Assembly: GCA_963540225.1 (NCBI GenBank)
Contig: CAUTNH010000001.1
Location: 1-60,132, forward strand
DNA from: an uncultured Acholeplasmataceae bacterium
GTDB lineage: Bacteria > Bacillota_I > Bacilli_A > Acholeplasmatales > Acholeplasmataceae
Reading direction: 5' to 3'
DNA length: 60,132 bases
The position numbers and the translations under genes are program-made. Positions 45,327 through 54,312 of the stretch are shown piece after piece (the first letter of the stretch is position 1; every line of letters starts with the position of its first letter). The notes under the pieces were generated by a model that worked only from the letters and a program-made list of their open reading frames with translations, made no database searches and had not been told where the DNA came from.

Positions 45327-46649
45327 CTAATCTGCAAGAGAACCCATTGGATCCCATGGTTTAAGTTTTTTAGATTTTTTCTCAAGAGCTTGAAGTTGCT
45401 TTTCAGTTAGGTATTTTTTGTTAACAACTGCTTGAAAAACATATTTATCAAACCATGAATCACTTGCTATATAATATCCTTTATCTCCTTGTTTATCGCC
45501 CCAAGAATTTTGGATTTTCCATTTATTAACCTTACCTTGAATTTCATTAAATCCTGTAAGTGTCATTGCGTGATTCATCTGAGCAACACGATAATCAAGT
45601 TTTTGAGCTTTACTAAGTTCAAGGTTTAATCCAAGTGTATGTTCGAAATCATACTGACTATCATCCCAAATACCTTCTGTTCTTGTTCCATCAAATGAAA
45701 CATCAGAACCAAACCAAACTGTTTCTTTATCTTTTAATTGTTTTAAAACTGCATTTCTTAACTCACCCATTGGAAGGTTTAAATGAATTATCTCATCCCC
45801 GCCAACAACATTTCCTAAATACTCAATAGAAAAAGTATTGTAATATGGTTTATCAACAGTAGGAGCATTAATTAGTGATACATAATCATCAAGATTAACT
45901 CCAACATAATCCTCATAAAATTTTTTTGGTGTAAGATTTTCTACACAGAAATACTCATCTTGTTTTGTAACATATTCAAAATTAAATTTTTTAGGAGGTA
46001 GTCCTAGTGTTGCAACTAATAAATTATATAACTCTTTTAAAGTTACATCACGAACACCAGCAATTTTATTTTGCTGACCAGATGCATATAACTCTCTTGC
46101 ATCACACGCATATTTTCTTAATTTAATATTTATTAAATGATTTAAATACATTGTTGAACTTGATGAAACGCTTTCAGGCATAACCTCTTTTGGAACAACT
46201 CCATATTTTTTAACAATATTAACAAACATTTGCCATTGTCCACCGTCTTGAATACCTGTTTGCAAAATATGTAAAAGAGTTCTGTCATCTTGTTTTGATG
46301 CTAGAAAATCATTTATTGATTCCATAAAATAATTTATTTTTTCAAGTTTATCATAAAATGCAACATAATTTTGTGAAAGTTCAAATTTATTTAAATTTAA
46401 TTTATTGGCTGTAAACTCACGTAAAAAATTACATCCAGCAAATATCCAGCATCTACCTGATTGTTGTTGGTTTGTAATAGGCAATGTCTTAATCTCATTA
46501 GAAAATCTAAATTGATTATTTGCTTCTGCCTCCATAACTCTTGTAACATCTGATATTTTGGATTTAAATAAAACCTTTCTTAGAACAACTTGAAGTGGAT
46601 CTTTTTTATTTTGTTCTTCCAATTTTTGTAATATATTTTCATTTATCAT
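45327..46649 (-). CDS. pepC: aminopeptidase C (C1B / bleomycin hydrolase family)
   Basis: QQQSGRCWIFAG active-site Cys motif; 440 aa. Confidence 0.9.
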   Translation of the reverse strand: MINENILQKLEEQNKKDPLQVVLRKVLFKSKISDVTRVMEAEANNQFRFSNEIKTLPITNQQQSGRCWIFAGCNFLREFTANKLNLNKFELSQNYVAFYDKLEKINYFMESINDFLASKQDDRTLLHILQTGIQDGGQWQMFVNIVKKYGVVPKEVMPESVSSSSTMYLNHLINIKLRKYACDARELYASGQQNKIAGVRDVTLKELYNLLVATLGLPPKKFNFEYVTKQDEYFCVENLTPKKFYEDYVGVNLDDYVSLINAPTVDKPYYNTFSIEYLGNVVGGDEIIHLNLPMGELRNAVLKQLKDKETVWFGSDVSFDGTRTEGIWDDSQYDFEHTLGLNLELSKAQKLDYRVAQMNHAMTLTGFNEIQGKVNKWKIQNSWGDKQGDKGYYIASDSWFDKYVFQAVVNKKYLTEKQLQALEKKSKKLKPWDPMGSLAD

Positions 46650-46782
46650 AAAATCACTCCTTAATTTATTTTATCATATTTATAAATAATATAATTATTT
46701 AAATAACTTTTTTAACTTTAATTACCATTTTTAACATAATATCTTATTAAAAACCCAAAGTCATAGACTTGGGATTTTTTTA

Positions 46783-48471
46783 TTAGTAATTTTTTAATGC
46801 TTTATAACTTACTTTACAAGCTCCATAGTGTTTTTTTCCATCTTTATCAGTAAACTTATACCCATAAACAAAAGTGTACTCTAAGCCCGAACTATTAGAA
46901 TCCTTAAATGGATTATTTTCATATACATCAATTTTAGTAGTAGCATTATTTGTTGCAATAAGTTCTCCTGTTTTATAATATAAATAAACATTATTCTCAT
47001 CTTTAAATTGTAAAAATAAAGATATTTGCCCTCTACTTAAAAATTCTTTACCATTTACTTTAACTAATGCTTCCTTAGGATTATTAGTTAATATATAATA
47101 GTTCATCATATCATCATGGAAAACATTTAAATTTTTATCAATACTATAACTATCTTTTGCAATATAGTAGTTTCTTGCAATATATTTATCTTCTACTATA
47201 TCGTAAATATCAACTTTTCTATTACTAGAGCTAATAGTAAGACCATTACTTATTACAAAATATCTACTATTATGAACTGAAGCAATTTTATTTTTTTTAA
47301 TCGCTCTTATAAATTTTTTATTATTATCAACTAAACTATAAAAATTACTACTTTCTAAAAGATATCTGTTATCATTTATTTTTTCAATTGATAAGATATC
47401 TTCAACTTCAGATATTTTTGTAAGATAGTTATCAATAGCAACTTTTTCTCTTTTTAAAAGTTTTCTAGTCTCAGGGTCAATAAATCTAATATCTGCGATA
47501 TTTTTAATTTTACTATTTTTATATGATATGTAGTTTCCTTTTTCATCTTTTTGATTTTTTTCGATGTGTTCAACTACAAACTGTAAGTTTATTTTTTTAA
47601 GTGTTTTTTTACTAAAATCATATAAATATGTTTCATATAAATAAGTTTTATTTCCATAAAAATAGTAATTTTTTAAATCATTTTGATTATATGTATAATC
47701 TATTTGTTGACTACATGAGAATAAAATATTGTTATTTTCAAGAATAAAATTTTTACTAACATAATCTGGCAAGGTGAATACATCATAAATTTTTCCATCT
47801 TTATAAACTGTCGCTACACCACCACCAGAGTTTACTTTTATTTCTTTATTTTTATAATCTAAAATTTCTTTTTCAAACTTTTCAAGATCTTTTATTATAT
47901 TTCCTTTATAAAAGTAGTATTTTTTAAAATCATAATTATCTTGATTGCTAACTTTAACTTCATCAATACTGCTATCTTTAAAAGTATTAGCATTATGATT
48001 CATTTTAATCTCGTTTTTTGATGTAGAAGATGTTAAAGTCGCATTTTCTACTTTTAAAAGTTCTTTCCCATCATATCTACTTATAAAAGTGAATGTATCA
48101 TCTTTTTTAAGTAAAATATAATTTCGTGTAGTAAGTATGACATTAGTACCTTCGCCATCAAATTCAAAAGACTTACTAGTTAATCTATTTATAAATTGAT
48201 ATTTTTTACTTGTAATATCATATCTATATAAAAGCTCACTATCTGATACAAAATTCTCATCTTTAACTATTTCATTAGCGCTTATTTTTTCAAAAAAGTC
48301 TTTATATTTTGTAAAAGTATCAAGAAAGCTAAATTTATTTTTTGTAAGTAATTCATTTCTTACTTTTTCAAGTGTTTTATTATCTAGTTTATTGTTATCT
48401 TTTTTACAGCCAACAAAAACAAAAACAAGTAAAGCAGATACGAATATAAAAAGTATTTTTTTAAACTTCAT
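46783..48471 (-). CDS. lipoprotein, unknown function (paralog of 48483..50118)
   Basis: Signal peptide with lipobox MKFKKILFIFVSALLVFVFVGC. Shares blocks with the neighbour, e.g. IYDVFTLP...FILENNNILFS vs LYDIIKLP...YILENKNLLIKS. Confidence 0.8.
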   Translation of the reverse strand: MKFKKILFIFVSALLVFVFVGCKKDNNKLDNKTLEKVRNELLTKNKFSFLDTFTKYKDFFEKISANEIVKDENFVSDSELLYRYDITSKKYQFINRLTSKSFEFDGEGTNVILTTRNYILLKKDDTFTFISRYDGKELLKVENATLTSSTSKNEIKMNHNANTFKDSSIDEVKVSNQDNYDFKKYYFYKGNIIKDLEKFEKEILDYKNKEIKVNSGGGVATVYKDGKIYDVFTLPDYVSKNFILENNNILFSCSQQIDYTYNQNDLKNYYFYGNKTYLYETYLYDFSKKTLKKINLQFVVEHIEKNQKDEKGNYISYKNSKIKNIADIRFIDPETRKLLKREKVAIDNYLTKISEVEDILSIEKINDNRYLLESSNFYSLVDNNKKFIRAIKKNKIASVHNSRYFVISNGLTISSSNRKVDIYDIVEDKYIARNYYIAKDSYSIDKNLNVFHDDMMNYYILTNNPKEALVKVNGKEFLSRGQISLFLQFKDENNVYLYYKTGELIATNNATTKIDVYENNPFKDSNSSGLEYTFVYGYKFTDKDGKKHYGACKVSYKALKNY

Positions 48472-48482
48472 AATCTTCCTCC

Positions 48483-50118
48483 TTAGTAAACAAGATCAAA
48501 ACTAGTATAAGTCATACTAAATGTGTAAAACTCTTTTACCACACTATCATCTAAATTTTTATATGTTATTTCAATTAAATAATATCTTGTCTTTGTATTA
48601 TTTTTATTTTCAACATCAATTTCTTTCTTAATTTCTAAATTGAAATCTTTTGTTTTAGTAATATCATATTTTGCTATTTCATCACCAAATAAATTATAAA
48701 CAGATATAATATCACCATTTTTACAAAGTGCTACAAAATTATAACCAGAAGTAGTCTCATATATATTATCAAGTTTTCCTTCAATCTTTTTTAATTTACC
48801 ATCAAAAAAGAAAAAATACTCACCTTTATCATTTTTTAATAAGGCAGAATTATCTGTCTTTTTAATAACATAATAATTATTTAAAATATACTTATTTTCT
48901 TCTAAATCATAAATATTAACTAAATTAAACTCCAAATCATAGCTTGGAACAATTTCATTTGAAACTTTTACAATGGCATATTTTTTATTAAGAAATCCGA
49001 CAATTCTTCTACTTTCAAAAAATTTAGAATTTTTGCCAGTTGTTCTTATATCAAAATTATGATATTTTATATAATAGCCTGTATTTGAAAAATAAACTAA
49101 ATTATAATTTGGGGAAAATTGTTTTTTGATATTTCCAAAATTATCAATAGATGAATATTTGGCAATTGATAATTTTTTTGTTTTTGGATCAATTTCATTA
49201 TATAAGGCAAAGTTTGAAATATTATCATTATATTTTTTTATGCCTGTTTTAATATCTTTAGTATTTGGATTAACAGCATTTATTATGTAATTTTTATTAA
49301 GTTGTATTAACTCTTTTATTTTATAATTATAGATATATTGTCTTACTCTTACCCTTGTAACTTTACCACTATTTACATAGTAGTAATCATAATTTAAATC
49401 AGTTGCTTTTTGACCTTCTCCTAATTCAACTACTTCTTCTGATTTAATAAGTAAATTTTTATTTTCTAAAATATATGTTCTAATATATCCATTAGAATTA
49501 GGAAGTTTTATAATATCATATAACTCATTATTTTCATAATATTCTATATCATTAGTTGATGAAACACTAACATATGGTTCAGTTTTATCTAATGGCTTTT
49601 CAACTAGTTTAAAATCTTTAAAATAATATTCTTTTTTTATATAACTTGAGTTTTTTTCAACCATTATCATTTGATTATTGAATGTATTATTATATGTAAT
49701 AGTATTACCATCTATAACTTCTTTTCTTTTTAATTCTAATATTTTCTCACCAGTTAAAAGTGAAAAAATTAAATCAGCGTCAACCTCGCTATCATAAATA
49801 CGCAGATACTGTCCTTTTAAAACAATATCACTATGTTTAGTCTTATCATATTTAAAAATCTTTAAGATCGATTATTTTTCCACTTGCCTCAACTAAAAAT
49901 AATTGATCATCGCTTTTATAAAGTCGGTAATGAGAATTTTGAGATTGAAATTCTCCCTTTAAATTTTCTATTTTAGTAGGTTTAGTAGTACTAATTTTAT
50001 TTTTAAATGCCTCATTTAAATAATTTTTATTTGCTATATCTTTATTTATATTCCCTTTGCATGCAAATAAACTTCCAAGTGTAATAATAGATAATAATAA
50101 AAATAATATTTTTTTCAT
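48483..50118 (-). pseudogene. lipoprotein gene split by a 1-nt frameshift at a homopolymer (88-aa signal/lipobox ORF plus 395-aa ORF)
   Basis: The ORF 49852..50118 has a lipobox (LGSLFAC) and stops at TAA inside GATTTTTAAATAT. The downstream ORF's frame is open from 49871, giving 67 stop-free codons with no start codon before the track ATG at 49670. Removing one T from the T5 run (A5 at 49854..49858 on the plus strand) fuses both into ~540 aa, matching the 562-aa paralog. Confidence 0.7.
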
Positions 50119-50810
50119 TTTTTATCTTCTTCCTCTTTATTTTTTTCATCTTTTATATCATCATTTTTTTCAACAACTTCAACTGCATCTTGAATGTCTT
50201 CAGATTTAAGTTCTCCGATTGTACTTTCAAAATCACTTTTAGCCTCTTGCTCTTTCATAATCTCTTCTGATTTTATTTTAGTATCTTTTTTAATGCATAA
50301 AATAGTATCGTAGATAAAAAGTGATATTGCAAGTAGAAAAAGTAGTACTCCTGATAAATACTGACCTATTTGAAATTTAAGAACTGATTTTTTAAAACCT
50401 GTATAATCATTTGTAAATACGCCATTCTTATCAAAGAATATTTGCAACTCTTTTTTACTAAGCATAACAAATGCAATAAATGCTATAAGCGGTATAAGAT
50501 AGATATATGTAATAATTTTATTTATAAAAAGATCTCTTTTTTTAATTTGAACAATATTCGTATTTTTATATACTCTAATTAAAACAAAAAGAACAATTAT
50601 TGCAACAATTACAACAGATAACATTACCCATTTATATACATCGGCCATTTTTTTACTTGTTGTAAGATAAAAATACCCTGAAAGTATTGCTAAAAATCCT
50701 AGCAAGGCAGAAAAAAGATGATATCCTGCAATCGCAAAAACATTTCTTTTTTCAAGTTTTACCTCTTCATCTAAATTAAGTTTACTTTTTTTATTTTCAT
50801 TATTTTCCAT
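50115..50810 (-). CDS. hypothetical 4-TM membrane protein with an acidic C-terminal tail (paralog of 11568..12068)
   Basis: 231 aa with ..VQIKKRDLFINKIITYIYLIPLIAF... ATGA overlap with the lipoprotein gene. Confidence 0.75.
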   Translation of the reverse strand: MENNENKKSKLNLDEEVKLEKRNVFAIAGYHLFSALLGFLAILSGYFYLTTSKKMADVYKWVMLSVVIVAIIVLFVLIRVYKNTNIVQIKKRDLFINKIITYIYLIPLIAFIAFVMLSKKELQIFFDKNGVFTNDYTGFKKSVLKFQIGQYLSGVLLFLLAISLFIYDTILCIKKDTKIKSEEIMKEQEAKSDFESTIGELKSEDIQDAVEVVEKNDDIKDEKNKEEEDKK

Positions 50811-50861
50811 ATTTTCTCCTTTTATTTATTTTTTTATGTTAAAATTATACTGGTGATAATT

Positions 50862-51341
50862 ATGAAATATCTTGTATATCCTGGCACATTTGACCCAATA
50901 ACTTATGGTCATATTAACCTTATTAAAAGGGCCTCAAAATTATGCGATAAACTAATTGTTTTAATTGCTCTTAATCCTAATAAAAAAACTCTTTTTACAA
51001 AAGATGAAAGGTTATCAATTTTAAAAAAAGCCTTAAAAGATATTAAGAATGTAGAAATTGATGCAACCGATGGACTTATTACATCATACTGTAAATATAA
51101 TAACATAAACTGTATGCTACGTGGAATTAGAAACACTCAAGATTTAGAAAATGAATATGCCAGATTTTCATTTAACAAGGACCTTGAAAATAGTATTGAT
51201 ACAATTTTTATGCTTCCAGAAGGAAAGGATTTATATCTTTCATCAACATTTATTAAAGAGCTTTTAATAAATAACGCAGATATTAAAGCATATGTTCCTG
51301 ATTTTATAATTCCTATTTTGAAAGATAAAATTAAGAAATAA
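50862..51341 (+). CDS. coaD: phosphopantetheine adenylyltransferase (start re-called to ATG 50862)
   Basis: MKYLVYPGTFDPITYGH.. The track's GTG 50853 lies inside the SD GGTGAT. Confidence 0.92.
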   Translation: MKYLVYPGTFDPITYGHINLIKRASKLCDKLIVLIALNPNKKTLFTKDERLSILKKALKDIKNVEIDATDGLITSYCKYNNINCMLRGIRNTQDLENEYARFSFNKDLENSIDTIFMLPEGKDLYLSSTFIKELLINNADIKAYVPDFIIPILKDKIKK

Positions 51342-52095
51342 GTTTTAAATCATTTAAAAATACATTATAAAGATCATCACTTGCAGCACTTTTAGCTAAA
51401 TAATCCGATATTTTTATAAGTTTTTTGCACTTGCTTGTTTTCATTCCTATTTTAATATTTGCAAGTTTAAATAACTCCAAATCATTTTCACCATCACCAA
51501 CACTAATTAAAAAGTCATCTTCATTAATTATTTTTTTAACACCATAGGCTTTACTATGGTGTTTTTTTGTTATATCTAATCCGCCATAATTCCAAAAAAA
51601 TGCTTTTAAGTTTTTATTTTTATTAACTTTTTTATAAATCTTTTTTAAATACTTTTTATTAAGTGATTTTATCCAAATACTATGAATATTATCTTTTATA
51701 TCATCATATTTGATAATTTTTTCATAATCCCTTAGTCCAGTTTTGCTCCCTTTAAAAATTATCCCATATTTTTCTTTGGTTCCTGCTCCAACAGTAGTAT
51801 TATACTTTTTTGCAAGACTAAGTATAAAATCTAGATCATCTTTGGTAAATTTATTCTCGTAAACTATGCTATTTTTATCCCTTACATAAACACCATTTGA
51901 TAATACATAATATGAAATATATTCAGTAAGCGGTGTAATACATTCAATATTTGAGTCTGGTCTTCCTGTTGCAATTCCTATTTTCACATTGTTTTTATTT
52001 AATTTTTCAAAAAGATGAATAACACTCTCTCTAATTTTTTTATCTTTTAGAGAATAGATTGTGTTATCAATATCAAAAAAAGCATATTTAATCAT
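51331..52095 (-). CDS. HAD-superfamily hydrolase (Cof-like, subfamily IIB)
   Basis: FFDIDNTI (motif I) and GDGENDLELF (motif IV). Confidence 0.75.
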   Translation of the reverse strand: MIKYAFFDIDNTIYSLKDKKIRESVIHLFEKLNKNNVKIGIATGRPDSNIECITPLTEYISYYVLSNGVYVRDKNSIVYENKFTKDDLDFILSLAKKYNTTVGAGTKEKYGIIFKGSKTGLRDYEKIIKYDDIKDNIHSIWIKSLNKKYLKKIYKKVNKNKNLKAFFWNYGGLDITKKHHSKAYGVKKIINEDDFLISVGDGENDLELFKLANIKIGMKTSKCKKLIKISDYLAKSAASDDLYNVFLNDLKLIS

Positions 52096-52101
52096 ATTTT
52101 A

Positions 52102-52110
52102 ATTATACCA
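52102..52110 (-). promoter_or_regulatory. extended -10 promoter 6 nt from the ATG (leaderless candidate)
   Basis: Minus strand reads TGGTATAAT-TAAAAT-ATG(52095). There is no SD. Confidence 0.5.
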
Positions 52111-52120
52111 TTTTTTAAGT

Positions 52121-52152
52121 TTTTTAGGCTCTAGTTCAAAGTTTATGGTCAC
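52121..52152. repeat. copy 1 of a ~30-bp sequence repeated in inverted orientation at 60096..60127
   Basis: The 19-nt core ctctagttcaaagtttatg (52129..52147) is the exact reverse complement of cataaactttgaactagag (60101..60119). The flanks match partially. Confidence 0.85.
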
Positions 52153-52242
52153 GGTAGAATTTAAAAAAAGAGAATTTAAAAAATATACCAATACCAATAA
52201 TTGATAAAGAGATTGAAAAAAGCAAAGCTCTTTTTGATTTGG

Positions 52243-53463
52243 TTATATGCACCAAATAGGTATTATTAGTGTTTCTTTATCAAGCGCTGAAATATTATCT
52301 GATGAGCAAATGATTGCCCCTTGACCAATAGGAATATTTGCTTTTTTAAGAATTTCTTTACTTTTGAGCATTCTTAAATTAGGGCTACTTGTTTTTTTAA
52401 TTTCTATAGGATGAAGCACACCGTTATAATCTAGTATTAAATCTATCTCATTTTGTTCTTTATCACGATAGTAGTAAACATTAAAGGGAATTCCAAGATT
52501 CAAGTAAGATTTCCTTATTTCATTTATCACATAATTTTCTAAGATAGCACCATTTATAGCGCTGTTTTGAAGTATTTCGGGCGTATGGTGCTTAGTAAGA
52601 TATGAAACAAGTCCAGTATCGAAAAAATACACTTTTCTTCTTTTAACCATTCTTTTTAATAGGTGATTTGAGTATGGATGTAGATAGTATATTATCTCAG
52701 CTTTTTCAAGTAAAAAAAGCCATCTTTTAGCAGTATCATCTGAAATATCTACATCTTTGGCAAGCGAGTGGATATTTAACTCTTGGGAATTTCTGCAGGC
52801 AACTGCTGTAATAAATTCCATAAATTTAAAATTATCTTTTAAAGATACTTCATCTTTTATATCTCTTGAAATATAAGTTTCGATGTAGCTTTTATAAAAA
52901 ATTTCTCTATTAGTAAACTTTTCGCTTAATAGTCCAGGCATTCCACCAGCAAAAATTCTTTTAAAAATCTCTGATATATTTACAGCTTTTTTAACTTTTA
53001 TTCTATCTTTAAGTTTAAAAAGATCAATCTCGAAATTAGCTTGATTTGATTTATCATAAAACTCATTTTGTGATAGTGATGTTAAATTTAAAATAGCAAC
53101 ACGACCAGCCATTGATTCCTTAGCAAGTCTCATAAGTTCAAACGATTGTGATCCAGTAAGCCAAAAACTATTAGATTTTGCGCCAGCATCAACTTGCATT
53201 TTTATATAACTAAAAAGTTCAGGTGCATATTGAACTTCATCTATTATTATAGGAGGAGTATAAACTTCTAAAAAGTATTTAGGATCCGTTTTAGCAAGGT
53301 TTCTTGCCTCATAATCATCTAGTGAAATAATTTTTCTATTTGGTTCGATATTTTTAAGTAGAGTTGTTTTCCCAACCTGTCTTGGTCCTACAACTAAAAC
53401 GCACGAATACTCGCTTGATACTTGTTTAAATAATTTTTCAATATCACGATTTATATATTCCAT
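52243..53463 (-). CDS. AAA+ ATPase of the AAA_14/DUF4143 type
   Basis: 406 aa with a VVGPRQVGKTTLL Walker A, IIDEVQ Walker B, and a C-terminal region typical of DUF4143 proteins. Strong AGGAGG SD. Confidence 0.75.
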   Translation of the reverse strand: MEYINRDIEKLFKQVSSEYSCVLVVGPRQVGKTTLLKNIEPNRKIISLDDYEARNLAKTDPKYFLEVYTPPIIIDEVQYAPELFSYIKMQVDAGAKSNSFWLTGSQSFELMRLAKESMAGRVAILNLTSLSQNEFYDKSNQANFEIDLFKLKDRIKVKKAVNISEIFKRIFAGGMPGLLSEKFTNREIFYKSYIETYISRDIKDEVSLKDNFKFMEFITAVACRNSQELNIHSLAKDVDISDDTAKRWLFLLEKAEIIYYLHPYSNHLLKRMVKRRKVYFFDTGLVSYLTKHHTPEILQNSAINGAILENYVINEIRKSYLNLGIPFNVYYYRDKEQNEIDLILDYNGVLHPIEIKKTSSPNLRMLKSKEILKKANIPIGQGAIICSSDNISALDKETLIIPIWCI

Positions 53464-53673
53464 AATTCCTCCTTAGTATTTTGTTTTTTTGTTTTTTTTG
53501 ACGAAAATGCGATATAATCTTATTTTAGTCAAAAAAATAATTTTGTCAAGTTTAAAGACTAAAAATTTTATTTTTACATGTGAAATACAAAATAAAAAAA
53601 TCCCACCAAGCGGTAGATTTTTTAAAAATTATTTTTTAAAGAACAGATTGGCTCTTCTCGCCCTTTTTTCTTC

Positions 53674-54283
53674 TTACTGCAAAATAATAATATATTTCAT
53701 ATATAAACCATACAGTAGCACCAATAAAAATAGTAGTCCAAGTGCCCAGTATGAAACCATATAACCATCATGACCTGATTTTTTAACTTTTAAAGTAGTT
53801 CCTAGATGGAATGGGATAAGTAGGAAATTTTCAAATGTAATTAGGGAGCCCGATACATAAGCATTAAATCCAATTGCAGCAGTAATTGCTATAATTGTTC
53901 CAATAAATTGAGTTGAAAATCTAACTAATAAAATAGCAACATCACCACCAGCAGCATTCCAGTTTACAGCTTGGAATATAACTAGGAATAACAATGTAAT
54001 AATAACTGGAATAAACGCCCATTTTCTTGTGATAGGTACTCTATCAGATGTTTTAAACCTTAGGATAAGTACCAAGATTATTAATTATTATTAAATAAAT
54101 TAAAATAAAAAATGAAGCAAATTCATAAGGATTATTTTTAATTACATCGCCAAAAGGCTTACCACTAACTCTTGCTGCCCAGATAAATGCTGATGTTGCA
54201 GGGATGGTTTCAGCAAATAATACAATTATCATTCCAACAAGTTCTTTACGTGCAAGAACTAACTAGTCTTGCATGTAATCCAT
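53674..54283 (-). pseudogene. decayed small polytopic membrane-protein gene (possibly an ECF S-component or BioY-like transporter)
   Basis: ATG 54283 is followed by an in-frame TAG at 54263..54265. That frame then continues (LVLARKELVGMIIVLFAETIPATSAFIWAARVSGKPFGD...) to a TAA at 54053..54055. The remaining 133 codons (53674..54075) are in another frame. Together the pieces make ~200 aa of hydrophobic helices. Confidence 0.5.
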
Positions 54284-54312
54284 TATTAAAATTAAGTAGT
54301 ATTTAATTAAAT

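Noticed and set aside
53489-53764. 91-aa plus-strand ORF in the intergenic region after the ATPase gene.
   Set aside because: It starts in the ATPase promoter region and overlaps the 3' end of the minus-strand membrane pseudogene. It is low-complexity and lacks an SD.
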